Source of the DNA: Pirellulaceae bacterium
GTDB taxonomy: Bacteria > Planctomycetota > Planctomycetia > Pirellulales > Pirellulaceae
Direction: 5' to 3'
DNA length: 64,000 bases
Assembly (NCBI GenBank): GCA_041751975.1
Contig: JBGSHW010000084.1
Coordinates: forward strand, 41,745 to 105,744
In this document: piece after piece, positions 38,659 through 48,578 of the stretch
Numbering within the stretch: position 1 is the stretch's first letter
Layout: every line of letters starts with the position of its first letter
Notes under the pieces: model-generated
The model's input: only the letters and a program-made list of their open reading frames with translations
Told to the model about the DNA's origin: nothing
Database searches by the model: none
Position numbers and translations under genes: made by a program

Positions 38659-41208
38659 TCATCGCGTCTTGATAGTCACCGACGCGCTGAAAAGTGCCAG
38701 CGGATCGCCTCGCTCGGCCAGCGTACGAGCCAAATTGGCGATAGTGCGGACCGCCTGACCATGAAAGACTTGTGTCTCGCCCACCGTAATCGTTACCGGT
38801 TGTTCCAAATCGAGCATATCATCGCGTAGCAGCACAACTAACTCTGAGGGATCCGCCTTCTCAATCGCGATCTGGTTGCCATTGCGAACCGCCACCACTT
38901 GGCTGCCCCCATTGACTTGATCGGCCGGGACAGACAGCCAATAGTATCGAGAGTGAGTCACGTCATCTTGCAACCACACGATACGTTCTGGCAGCAAGTT
39001 GCGGTTGAACTGCAGCATCCATGTCACTCCCTCAGCATCTTGGCGGTCCATCCAATGGCCCTTGCCCTCATGGACCTTGGCCCAGTGCTCGTACCCTTGC
39101 GGATCTTCGCCCCGCAACGCCGCCAGCTTTTCTTTCCACTCGGCGGCTAGAGCGTTGCGGTTGTAGGCGGAATCATTGCCGCCGACATGCAGGGTGAACG
39201 GCAGATTGCGCAGCCCCAGCGGCTGCGTTTCGTTAGGGTGCCCCGCCATCATGGCAGCTGCGGCCAATTGATCGGCCATCCGCGGCGCAAGTTGATACAC
39301 TCCATCCCCACCCGCCGAGTAGCCAGTCAGATAGATACGGTTGGGATCAACTCCTTCGAAGGCGATCATATTGGCGATGATCCGCGTAAAGAACTGATCG
39401 ATGTGTGCCTCATGCCATAGATTCCAGGTATCGGTCGGCCCGCGGGGAGCAAGATAGATCCCTTCTGCGAGTTCATACAAACGCTTTTGATTTTCCCATT
39501 GTTGCTCGTTGACCCGTGCTGGGGCTCCACCGCCGCCGTGCATCGAGATAACCAGGCAATGTCCCGCTGCGGGTCGCTCACCAAAGACGCGCGTCTCGTA
39601 TTTCATCGTCAGCTCACCGAGGACGATCCGCTTGGCCGCATGTTCCTCGCGACGTGCACCTTCCATCAAGTTCTGGTAGTGGCCGATCAAGATTTCCTGA
39701 GCTCTAGCAGCTTGTTCAGCGGTCAACGCCTCCTGCGCGAAGGCCTGATCGGCGATTTCCGCAACCGCCTCAGGCTGCGCGTCGGCCTGAGCGTCGCAAT
39801 ATGCCTGCAACCGTTGCAGAGGATCAGCGCTGGCTGCGTCAGCCGTTGGCTCATCGGCGACCAGCGAGATGAGTTGCCCGTTTTCCCCCGCAGTGACTTG
39901 TTGCCGCACGACACCGTTGGCGGTGCGAAGTTCGAGCGAGTACTCTCCGGGCGGCAGTTTGGCGGTCAAGTGATCGTTGGCATCCGAGCGTTCATCTTTG
40001 GTTTGCCCACGGAAGACGACTTGGCCAGCTTGATCGCTGATCACCAAATTGGCTTGACAACGGTTTGCACCTGGAGCCTGAAGGGCGCGGAACTGGAGTT
40101 CTACCAAGCCCGGCACCGATTTTTGAGCCTTCGCGTAGCGCTCTGTGACTTCCACTGCAAAAATTTCATGTTCGCCACGTAGCCAAACCAACGGGAATTT
40201 CTGCTCCGTGCGTTGGTAACTCACCGCGAAGATGCCATGTTTTTCACCGGCTGTCGACTTGGCCGCGCGATCGGTGAACCAAGCTTGATTCAGGTTGGAA
40301 CCGGTCGGTTCGGCCGCCCCGGTGAATTGCCAGCCGTCATCCCAAATCTCAACCCATGAATGATTACCGCTGCCGTCGGACCAAAGTGGTGTCCCGACGA
40401 AACGCGCTGGAATACCGCAAGCGCGGCAGGCATCGATCAACAGGATGGATAATCCCGTGCATGAAGCCAAGCCAGTCTCCATCGATTCACGCGGTCCTTG
40501 ATCGGCCCGTCGACGCTGCGTCGAATATTTGACATTGAGTTGCTGGAAGACTTCGTGGTTTAGTTTGGCAGCCGCTTCCGATGGGGATTCCAGCTCTTGC
40601 ACGGCAGGCCAGAAGCGATCCCGCAAATCACTGCGGACATCGTCGCGTCGCTCATTGACATTTGCGTAGGGGAGCACTTCGTTGAAAAAAATGGCATCGG
40701 GGATACGCGCTCCCCATTTCGCAGCTTGCTTGGCTTTAAAAGCCAGCTCGACGTGCCGAATCAGGAAACCGTGGTCGAGCGACTGCAAATCGTCAGTTGG
40801 CATGTAGGCGATGAGAAACTTCATTGCGGCCAGCTGTGTATCTGCGATTCCGTCCAGTGCCTTGTCGAGTTCCGCACGGTTTGCCCCCGCATTGGCCAAG
40901 GACTGTTTTAGTGCTTCTTCAAGTGCAACCGCTGGGGTGGGGTCGGTGGACAGGGACGCCGCCAGCGCTTCTTGAGGCTCATCTCCCCTAGCGTTCCCCG
41001 CAGTACCGCAGAGAAGGGACACCAACAGCAGCCAGCTCAAAACGTTGGAAAACAGTCGCGGGAGCTGAGAACCCCTAAACGCTCGATGCATACCGAGGAG
41101 GTGCAAGCAGATGATTCGGGGATTCATTGGCGCTCGCGAGTCAGTCGTAGACATAGTTGCAGGCACGGGCGCCCTCTTCAAAATGGGAATAGTAAGAGTT
41201 AAGCTCAA
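38659..41208 (-). CDS. Transglutaminase-like domain fused to a C-terminal alpha/beta-hydrolase
   Basis: ASCTGLS...GNHSWVEIWDDGW (transglutaminase-like core); SMHGGG and GYSAGG (nucleophile elbow). Confidence 0.85.
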   Translation of the reverse strand: MSLTLTIPILKRAPVPATMSTTDSRAPMNPRIICLHLLGMHRAFRGSQLPRLFSNVLSWLLLVSLLCGTAGNARGDEPQEALAASLSTDPTPAVALEEALKQSLANAGANRAELDKALDGIADTQLAAMKFLIAYMPTDDLQSLDHGFLIRHVELAFKAKQAAKWGARIPDAIFFNEVLPYANVNERRDDVRSDLRDRFWPAVQELESPSEAAAKLNHEVFQQLNVKYSTQRRRADQGPRESMETGLASCTGLSILLIDACRACGIPARFVGTPLWSDGSGNHSWVEIWDDGWQFTGAAEPTGSNLNQAWFTDRAAKSTAGEKHGIFAVSYQRTEQKFPLVWLRGEHEIFAVEVTERYAKAQKSVPGLVELQFRALQAPGANRCQANLVISDQAGQVVFRGQTKDERSDANDHLTAKLPPGEYSLELRTANGVVRQQVTAGENGQLISLVADEPTADAASADPLQRLQAYCDAQADAQPEAVAEIADQAFAQEALTAEQAARAQEILIGHYQNLMEGARREEHAAKRIVLGELTMKYETRVFGERPAAGHCLVISMHGGGGAPARVNEQQWENQKRLYELAEGIYLAPRGPTDTWNLWHEAHIDQFFTRIIANMIAFEGVDPNRIYLTGYSAGGDGVYQLAPRMADQLAAAAMMAGHPNETQPLGLRNLPFTLHVGGNDSAYNRNALAAEWKEKLAALRGEDPQGYEHWAKVHEGKGHWMDRQDAEGVTWMLQFNRNLLPERIVWLQDDVTHSRYYWLSVPADQVNGGSQVVAVRNGNQIAIEKADPSELVVLLRDDMLDLEQPVTITVGETQVFHGQAVRTIANLARTLAERGDPLALFSASVTIKTR

Positions 41209-41418
41209 TCGCTTTGCGACTGGAGACCCCAGCCATCATAAATAGGATTCGCCCTGTTTTGGAGAGTACTGCGTGATTAACCTGCCCGATTTGCAATGAC
41301 AACTTGCTCGATGATCCCCATTCTGTGACTCCCGATGCTGGCAGCGACCTACTTAAATGACTATGCTCAGGCGTCACTCAATCTTGATCACATACCACGT
41401 GTTGCCATTGTCTGAACA

Positions 41419-41458
41419 CAGCGGCAGACTTCAGCGGCAGACTTCAGCGGCAGAGTTC
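41419..41458. repeat. 13-nt tandem repeat x3 (CAGCGGCAGACTT)
   Basis: Two perfect copies and one with a single mismatch, in the divergent intergenic region. Confidence 0.92.
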
Positions 41459-41508
41459 AACAACTGGGCTCAAGGTCGTCAGATGAAAAAGTTACGTTTG
41501 GGGATATC

Positions 41509-42879
41509 ATGAAAACCAATTGCAAAATGCTGCTTTGTTTGATTTTTACTTGCTGGGTGGTTCCGTTTGGGGCCGCAGTCCAACCCGCTGCGGCTCAGGA
41601 GACTAAGGACATGGAGTGGGCAGTAGCGATCCATGGTGGGGCAGGCGATCCACGCGGGTGGAAGGCTGAGCAACAGCAGGTGCGGCGCGATGGCTTATCC
41701 GCAGCCCTCAAGGTGGGCAGCGAAATGTTGGCGGCGGGCAAACCGGCGCTGGATGCTGTTGAGGTGGTCATTCGCCTACTTGAAGATGATCCAAATTTCA
41801 ACGCAGGTCGTGGCGCCGTGCTCACCGCTGACAGTCGCGCTGAGCTCGATGCCTCGATCATGGATGGTAGCTCGCGGAGTTGCGGCGCTGTGGCAGGGGT
41901 CACCACCGTCAAGAATCCAATCACCCTCGCGCGGCGCGTTATGGCCGAAACCAAGCACGTGCTCCTGGCCGGAGAAGGCGCGGAGGCTTTTGCCGAAGCT
42001 CAGAAGCTGCCGCTCGTCGACCCAAGCTACTTTTTGACGTATCAGCGTCCCCCGACAGCCCAGGAATATATGGGGACCGTTGGTTGCGTGGCTCGCGATA
42101 AGCACGGTAACGTGGCCGCCGGAACCAGCACCGGCGGGACGGCGAGGAAACTCCCTGGCCGCATCGGTGATTCGCCCATCGTGGGGGCGGGTACCTACGC
42201 CGCCAACGACTCCTGCGCAGTCTCCTGCACCGGGGTGGGGGAAGAGTTCATTCGCAATTCCATCGCCTTTGATATCGCCTCGCAAATGCGTCACGCCGAT
42301 CGAAGGCTGGAGCAGGCGGTCGATCAAGCCGTGCGGCTTACCTTAAAGCCCAATACGGGCGGTCTGATCTCTGTCTCATCCACCGGAGAAATCGCCCTGC
42401 AGCACAATACGCCCGGTATGAGTTGCGGTGCGGCCGATAGCAGCGGCCGATTCGAGGTGCACTTGCAACTGAGCGATGGCAAGTTATCAACGGCCGAAGT
42501 GAGCCAAGAACCGCAAGCTTTGGTGGCCGAAATCCTTCAAAAGCAGGTCGAGGCTTGGAATCGCGGCGATGTCGTGGGCTTCATGGATGGTTACTGGCAA
42601 AGCGATTTATTGACTTTTTCTTCGGGTGGCGCGATCACCCGTGGCTTTGCGAGCACACTGGCCCGCTACCAGCAACGTTATCCCGATGCTAAGACGATGG
42701 GGCAGCTGACCTTCAGCGAAATGGAGTATGTGCCGCTCGGCGATTCCGTGATGCAGGTGCTGGGTGTCTGGTCGCTGGAACGCGAAGAACAGCCGGTGAG
42801 CGGGCGTTTCACCCTGGTCGTCCGCCTCATCGATAACCAATGGAAGATCGTCCACGACCACACCTCCACCACCGAGTGA
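41509..42879 (+). CDS. Isoaspartyl peptidase/L-asparaginase (Ntn hydrolase) fused to a SnoaL/DUF4440-like domain
   Basis: AIHGGAG, ELDASIMDG, GTVGCVA (Thr nucleophile) and GRIGDSP motifs; C-terminal AWNRGD...WKIVHDHTS NTF2-like domain; signal peptide. Confidence 0.9.
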   Translation: MKTNCKMLLCLIFTCWVVPFGAAVQPAAAQETKDMEWAVAIHGGAGDPRGWKAEQQQVRRDGLSAALKVGSEMLAAGKPALDAVEVVIRLLEDDPNFNAGRGAVLTADSRAELDASIMDGSSRSCGAVAGVTTVKNPITLARRVMAETKHVLLAGEGAEAFAEAQKLPLVDPSYFLTYQRPPTAQEYMGTVGCVARDKHGNVAAGTSTGGTARKLPGRIGDSPIVGAGTYAANDSCAVSCTGVGEEFIRNSIAFDIASQMRHADRRLEQAVDQAVRLTLKPNTGGLISVSSTGEIALQHNTPGMSCGAADSSGRFEVHLQLSDGKLSTAEVSQEPQALVAEILQKQVEAWNRGDVVGFMDGYWQSDLLTFSSGGAITRGFASTLARYQQRYPDAKTMGQLTFSEMEYVPLGDSVMQVLGVWSLEREEQPVSGRFTLVVRLIDNQWKIVHDHTSTTE

Positions 42880-42887
42880 GGGAACGG

Positions 42888-43907
42888 TTAGCGCAATGCA
42901 GTGCGGTGCGGTAGACGTTCCATCAAGTATCCCAAGCAATCTTGGCGAATGACGTCGAGATTGCGAGTGAACATCGACGGCATGGCTGGCTTGTTCAAAC
43001 GCAGATACTCCGCAGACGTCGTCAGGTACTGCAGCGTCACATCTTGTCCCGCATCGTCCTGCACCACAAAACAATCTTCCAACTGTCGCCGTAGCTGGCC
43101 CAACGGCTCGCCGACGTTGAGCTCCACGAAATTGAGCGCGTCGATGTCATCGCGGAGCACCACGTCGGTACCGTGGCTGAACCCAAAGGTACATCCCTCG
43201 CGGAGTTTGATGCGGGCCACGGTGTGAAACAAGTGCACATCCCCGTCGGGTAAGTCGTGGTGCGGGAACTCGTCAATATGCAAACAGGCGTCGATCAACT
43301 CAGCTGCCCGCTGCACTCCTGTCTCGTCACCGATCTGCCCGCATTCACAAGTCAGCGCAGGGCAGTGCCCCGTAAAGGCTTGGGTCTGCACCCCGCGCGG
43401 ACGGGTAAAGTAGACGACCGTGCGACTGAACATCGATGCCAAATAGATCTGCTCGGGGGCGGTATCGCAGATACAACCATAAATCGGATTGCGGCCTGTG
43501 TTGTTGTGCAGATCAAGACTAACGAACACACCGCGTTCGATCACCGTGTGCACGACTTGCCTCATTAAGTTGTGCTCGGGGGTAAGCGGTAACTCCGAGC
43601 CGGGCCAAACTCGATTGTAGTCCGGTTGGTGTGGCAAGAAGCGAACGGCCGACTCGCATGCCTCCACGTTGCCTATGAAAATCATGAGGTCACGGGGGAG
43701 TTGCCGGTCGGCGTAGCGACGGAGAATTTCCTGGACAGCCAAGAGCCCCACATCTTCGTTTCCGTGCAACAAGATGCTCACAAACACCGCCGGCTGCCTT
43801 CGCCCCGGTAGATGGATCAAGGTCGGCCGCGGACACACCTGACGAATCAGCCGCGCCGCACAGGTAAGCAAACCAACCGGCACTTCATGCAGAACATCGA
43901 ACATCAA
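42888..43907 (-). CDS. M14 family succinylglutamate desuccinylase/aspartoacylase-like Zn amidase
   Basis: LLHGNE, DYNRVW, LDLHN and ECG motifs. Confidence 0.87.
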   Translation of the reverse strand: MMFDVLHEVPVGLLTCAARLIRQVCPRPTLIHLPGRRQPAVFVSILLHGNEDVGLLAVQEILRRYADRQLPRDLMIFIGNVEACESAVRFLPHQPDYNRVWPGSELPLTPEHNLMRQVVHTVIERGVFVSLDLHNNTGRNPIYGCICDTAPEQIYLASMFSRTVVYFTRPRGVQTQAFTGHCPALTCECGQIGDETGVQRAAELIDACLHIDEFPHHDLPDGDVHLFHTVARIKLREGCTFGFSHGTDVVLRDDIDALNFVELNVGEPLGQLRRQLEDCFVVQDDAGQDVTLQYLTTSAEYLRLNKPAMPSMFTRNLDVIRQDCLGYLMERLPHRTALR

Positions 43908-43958
43908 TGAGCTTTATGGGTTAAAGGGGGGGGCATTCGCAGGTCTCGTCAGGCAACA

Positions 43959-45368
43959 CTAGGCCCAGGTGTGCACTGGATTTCCCAGCGCTTGGTGCTG
44001 CACATATTCCATCAGCAGCTTTTGCACGTCGCCATGAAATTCGGCAAATTTCCGTCGCTGCCAATTAGCTCCATTCTGCCGGGTTTGCACGCGCCCCGCC
44101 AGGACATCACCTCCACTTTGCGCAAACGTATCGTCGATCTCCAGCCGTTTCCAACTTTCGCTTAGACGAGGAAGCAGCTGCTCGAGCAACAAGTCGCTCA
44201 CATTATAGCTCGCGCCATCAATCCACTGCAGTTGGGCATCGAGCCCGTAGCGGGCGGAGCAGTAGAAGTTTTCCTTGGCCTGTTCGAAACTCAGTTTCTG
44301 CTCCGGTGGCTCAGGTAAAGTAGCCAGCGCATGGGTCAAACCGAGGAATAGCAACGTATCGGCAAATAGGTCCGCCAGCGTCGGGCTGGCCGACATGGGA
44401 CGATGCTCGATCCGCAAATGCGGCTGACCATCCGACTCGAAGCCGACCAAGGGACGATTCCAACTCCAGATCGTTCCATTGTGCATCCGCACGTAAGGCA
44501 ACTTCGACGGCGGCTCATCCAACTCAGCTGGCAGCAGCACTCGGTGGTTCCGCACGTTCCCTTGAAAGTACTCCAAGAGAGACGACTGCATATAGCCCGG
44601 GCCAAAGCTCACGCGCGGCGCCGGGCCGGCCGTGTCAACAGCCTGTTCGAAAAGCGTAATCCGCGTGTCTTCCCACAAGCGTTTGCCAAACAAAAGCGGA
44701 GCATTCGCCGCCACCGCCAAAGTCACTGCGGAAGCAATCACCGCTGCATTGTAGTAACGGACCGCTTTGGCTTCAGGAACCTTGAGATGGACCTGAGCCG
44801 ATGTGGCGGCTGACTCGAGCATCAGATCGGTGTGCGTACTGCTTAAATGATCTTGTCCCTCGATGGTCAAGCGGATCGGTTGGCCTTTGCGGAGTCGCAA
44901 CACTTGCGCGTTCAACGCCGCATACCGCCGCAAGGGAGACATATTCTGCAGACATAACATCGAGTCGCGAACGGTCGGCAGGATACCGATCGTCACAATG
45001 CGATGCTTGAGTTCAGCGGCCACTTGATCACAACGCATCCAGGTACTGGTCAACTCGGCCTGCATATTGGCAAGGCCATCACCGCGTAGGTACTGAGGGT
45101 TGACGTTGAATTCGAAGTTGAACTTGGCTAGTTCAGGCACTACCGATTGACGATCGAGGGTTGTCAAGAACAAGCTGTTGTCGGGGGCGGGCAAACCGTT
45201 TGCATCAATGAGCCAAGCTTCAAGTTCAAGACCGCATTGCAAATCATCACTGGCAAATTTGTGCCCCTCGAACCAATGGTTGAGCAACTCCATCTCGGCC
45301 TGCAAGTGCCGCTCGAAGACTTCGAAATCTTGCCGCGTGAAATCATCTTGAGTAATTTCTTGTCCCAC
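43959..45368 (-). CDS. Glutamate--cysteine ligase family 2 (GCS2-like carboxylate-amine ligase)
   Basis: GLELEAW, PELAKFNFE, AQVHL, WSWNRP and RIEHRP motifs; GTG start at 45368 after GAGGAG. Confidence 0.85.
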   Translation of the reverse strand: MGQEITQDDFTRQDFEVFERHLQAEMELLNHWFEGHKFASDDLQCGLELEAWLIDANGLPAPDNSLFLTTLDRQSVVPELAKFNFEFNVNPQYLRGDGLANMQAELTSTWMRCDQVAAELKHRIVTIGILPTVRDSMLCLQNMSPLRRYAALNAQVLRLRKGQPIRLTIEGQDHLSSTHTDLMLESAATSAQVHLKVPEAKAVRYYNAAVIASAVTLAVAANAPLLFGKRLWEDTRITLFEQAVDTAGPAPRVSFGPGYMQSSLLEYFQGNVRNHRVLLPAELDEPPSKLPYVRMHNGTIWSWNRPLVGFESDGQPHLRIEHRPMSASPTLADLFADTLLFLGLTHALATLPEPPEQKLSFEQAKENFYCSARYGLDAQLQWIDGASYNVSDLLLEQLLPRLSESWKRLEIDDTFAQSGGDVLAGRVQTRQNGANWQRRKFAEFHGDVQKLLMEYVQHQALGNPVHTWA

Positions 45369-45457
45369 TCGCCGCACTCCTCGATTGAGTTCCAAGGCTG
45401 AACAAACGGGAAGTCTGACTCACTCAGGTTACGCGGCACGTGCCTGCAGTCAATTCT

Positions 45458-45883
45458 CTACACGCTCGCTTCCGCGTAAGCCTCCTCGGTCTCCCAGATC
45501 CGCACTGAGGTGGCGTGCGCGCCGGTCCCAGCCAAAACTTGTGGACAAACCTCTTCGAGCAAGTAGCGAGCCATATTTTCCGCCGTTGGATTATAGGGCA
45601 TTTTGAAGAGCCGCATGGGCTGCACCATTGTCAAAGCGACGATCGCGTTTTCGTCCGCCTCGTACACCAAGAAGCTGTGATCCCAATTGTCATCGATCCA
45701 GCCTTTGGTACGGGCCTTGAGATCGGCGAAGTCGAGAACTCGGCCAACCGAATCCACTTCGTCACCTGTGACAAAAAAATCGGCTACGTAGTTGTGACCG
45801 TGGAAGTGCTCACACTTTCCGCCATGCTTGTAGAGACGATGACCGGCGCAAAACTTGATCCGCCGCATGATAGTCAGGCTCAT
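45458..45883 (-). CDS. queD: 6-carboxytetrahydropterin synthase
   Basis: FCAGHRL, HGHNY, WDH, PTAENMA and IWETE motifs. Confidence 0.9.
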   Translation of the reverse strand: MSLTIMRRIKFCAGHRLYKHGGKCEHFHGHNYVADFFVTGDEVDSVGRVLDFADLKARTKGWIDDNWDHSFLVYEADENAIVALTMVQPMRLFKMPYNPTAENMARYLLEEVCPQVLAGTGAHATSVRIWETEEAYAEASV

Positions 45884-45973
45884 ATCTTTAAATCTTCTCA
45901 AAATCATCAATGAGGATCAGCGCTACTCGTTCAGAAGAACTCTAACACGTTCATCGCTTCGCTCGCGCTGGAA

Positions 45974-46360
45974 TCAACGAAGCTTGGGGTTTTCAAGATG
46001 ACGTGTGGCGTCCCGCTCAGTTTTCTTCAGCAGATTCTGTGTGAAGGCGGAAGTTAAATCGACCCCCGTCTGATTTGCCAAGCAGATCAACACAAAGAGT
46101 ACATCGGCCATTTCATCTTGAAGGTTGCATTGCTCCCGCTCGCCCGGCTTGAAACTCTGTTCGCCGAACTGTCGAGAAATTACTCGGGCTAGCTCGCCGA
46201 CTTCTTCCATGAGTTGGGCCAAGTTGGTCAACTCGGAGAAGTAGCGGCGGCCAAAACTTTTTATCCACTCGTCAACGGCTCGCTGGGTGTCTGCCAACGT
46301 TAGCGGCTGCTCCACACGGGTGGAAGGTTTGTTCATCAAATTATCCAAAGGACTCGTCAT
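45974..46360 (-). CDS. MazG-like nucleotide pyrophosphohydrolase
   Basis: YFSELTNLAQLMEEVGELAR and DEMADVLFV motifs. Confidence 0.92.
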   Translation of the reverse strand: MTSPLDNLMNKPSTRVEQPLTLADTQRAVDEWIKSFGRRYFSELTNLAQLMEEVGELARVISRQFGEQSFKPGEREQCNLQDEMADVLFVLICLANQTGVDLTSAFTQNLLKKTERDATRHLENPKLR

Positions 46361-46773
46361 TTAATCTTTTGATTGGCCACTTGTTATGGCCGTCCGATCG
46401 TCGCACCATCGTGGTTTTTGCTCCGCCTTCATTGTATCCAGGTACCAAGCCCACGTTAGCTGCCCTGCAGCATCGCGTCAGTAGGAGTTCAGTGGAACCA
46501 AGTCGTTTCGCCACCCCCAATTTGGGAGTCGAGCGTGGGGTCTTGGCCAACTGTCCAAAACACTCTTAGGCTTCTGATCGTTACAAGCCGCTCACAGCCG
46601 CTGACGCGCGCTTGCGGCCCCTTTTCGCCAGCTGCTAGAACCCATAGACATCCACTTTCAGCTGAAGCATATGAGCTCTCCACCGGCCCGCCGCATGTTC
46701 CAAGCTTCACCCAATGGATCTTGTTGCTATACTTGCAAAAGTGAACTAGGTTTTGGATAGGGGAGCTACCGAC

Positions 46774-47526
46774 ATGGGTTCGGATCAACATTTAGACTAC
46801 CTGCTGAACGTGTGGCCATTTGAGCCAGAATCGCTCTGCGTCCGGTTGCTCAAAGGGGCTGACGGCCGCGACGTCATCCAGTTACGCGTCGACCTCGGAA
46901 TCCTGCAGCTTGAGACGACTGGCCGTCCAGATGGGGTGCATCCAGAAGGGCACGCAACGATGCTCGACTGGCTGTGCCACCTGGAGGCCCGTGACCCCGA
47001 TTTCGAGCTGGACGATGAAACTTGCGTCGAAATCGATCGCGAGTTTGTGCAGTTTTACCACCGCAGGGTCGCTTGGCTGCGACTTCAAAAGTTTACCAAC
47101 GCGGTGCGCGATGCCGATCACACGCTGGCTTTGATGGACTTCTGCCGCGAACACTCCCAGTGCGAAGATTGGACGCTGCAACATGAGCAACACCGCGCCT
47201 TCGTGATCTTCCACCGAAGTCAAGCGGCGGCCTTGCAAGCCATCGAAGAACAATCGGCTGCCAACGCCATCGCAGCTCTTAACGAGGGACTCGAACTGAT
47301 CGAAGAAAATTTTGACGAAATGGGCTGGGAAGACCAGTTCGATTCCGACGAACTGGTAAACCGCTTAATCGACCTGCGCGAGTCGCTGCGGCAGGACTTC
47401 GACATCGGCAAAAGCCTTAAAGAACAATTGGCGGAAGCGGTCGAGTCAGAGCAATATGAACTGGCCGCTCAACTGCGAGACGAAATGGCGCGTAACGAAC
47501 CGGCAGGACTCGAGGGCGAATGCTGA
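46774..47526 (+). CDS. UvrB/UvrC-motif-containing protein (Planctomycete type)
   Basis: IQLRVDLGILQLE...GRPDG; C-terminal AVESEQYELAAQLRDE UVR motif. Confidence 0.85.
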   Translation: MGSDQHLDYLLNVWPFEPESLCVRLLKGADGRDVIQLRVDLGILQLETTGRPDGVHPEGHATMLDWLCHLEARDPDFELDDETCVEIDREFVQFYHRRVAWLRLQKFTNAVRDADHTLALMDFCREHSQCEDWTLQHEQHRAFVIFHRSQAAALQAIEEQSAANAIAALNEGLELIEENFDEMGWEDQFDSDELVNRLIDLRESLRQDFDIGKSLKEQLAEAVESEQYELAAQLRDEMARNEPAGLEGEC

Positions 47527-47583
47527 ACGATGGCGCCGTTCTGAGACGAATGCCTTGCGAGTTCGGGTTGTCGCAACAGCCTG

Positions 47584-48237
47584 CTAGCGGCGTGGATCGA
47601 AAAAGAATTGCCTATCCGAGCTTGGGTCCAGCGGCGGTGCGGATGGGTAAGTCCCATCGAACCACGGCTGGTTCTGATACTGCGGTTGCAATGGAAAACC
47701 GTTGGGACCACCCCATGAACCTGGGCCAAACTGCCCTGGGCCAGCTTGTCCGGGACCAGCTTGTCCGGGCATTTGTTGCGGAGGATAGCCTGGGTTGTGT
47801 TGCATCGGTGGTGCAATACCACCGCCAAAGCCGAAGTTACCATTGATGATGCCATAGGGGGCTTGCGGCCCCCAGGCGCCGTAGGGAACCGAATAGGGGC
47901 GGTATGGGAATCGCCATTCCTCGTACGGCACTATCGGACGTCCCCACTGCTCAACGATGTGCAGGTTGTCTGCCGACAATCCAGCTTGCAATGTGCTTCG
48001 GGTATGTCGGAAGCCGCTACGCTGAAAATCTTCGCGGTACGGCGCCACGGGATCGACTGGCATCGCGTATTGGTCAACCCGTTGCCCGGTGAATGGCTCA
48101 TGTGTATACGTGGATGTCCAGGTCATCCAATCGTCTGCGAATAGTGGCTGTGGGACGAACCCGTCAAGCAGCGGACTGAGGACGCAGAGGAAGATTAACC
48201 AGCCAGCTCGTTTCGGATTAAAAATTGTGTTTTGCAT
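47584..48237 (-). CDS. Exported Pro/Gly/Gln/Tyr-rich hypothetical protein
   Basis: Signal peptide ending LFA-DDWM; PGQAG repeats; start set at ATG 48237. Confidence 0.7.
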   Translation of the reverse strand: MQNTIFNPKRAGWLIFLCVLSPLLDGFVPQPLFADDWMTWTSTYTHEPFTGQRVDQYAMPVDPVAPYREDFQRSGFRHTRSTLQAGLSADNLHIVEQWGRPIVPYEEWRFPYRPYSVPYGAWGPQAPYGIINGNFGFGGGIAPPMQHNPGYPPQQMPGQAGPGQAGPGQFGPGSWGGPNGFPLQPQYQNQPWFDGTYPSAPPLDPSSDRQFFFDPRR

Positions 48238-48578
48238 AGCTCTTAGCCTAATTGCCGGCTTAAAAAATTCTCCCTCGATGCTTCCCCGGGGGAAGAAAAA
48301 TTGGCGAAGCTGATGGTTTGTAACGAGCGCACCGATTTTCACGTTATGTGCGTGCTGAGCGATAGCGGGCGGAGCCACAATCGCCCCTCCGCGACATGAC
48401 GCCGCCTCGAAATCGCGAGTACAATTGAGCGGCGGCGAGGGTGAATTTGGGAGACGGGTTGAATCCCCTTAGGCTCCCCGCCAACCTGCAAGCGACGCAC
48501 TACTTGTCTTCTGCGCAGTTCCCTGCGAACTATCAATGAGGACCACTGAAGCCAACTCGGCATTGGATCCAAATAAAG

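Noticed and set aside
12959-46360. Two MazG-like genes as an anti-phage or abortive-infection system
   Set aside because: Both are short housekeeping-type pyrophosphohydrolases in ordinary contexts, 33 kb apart, with no defence genes nearby
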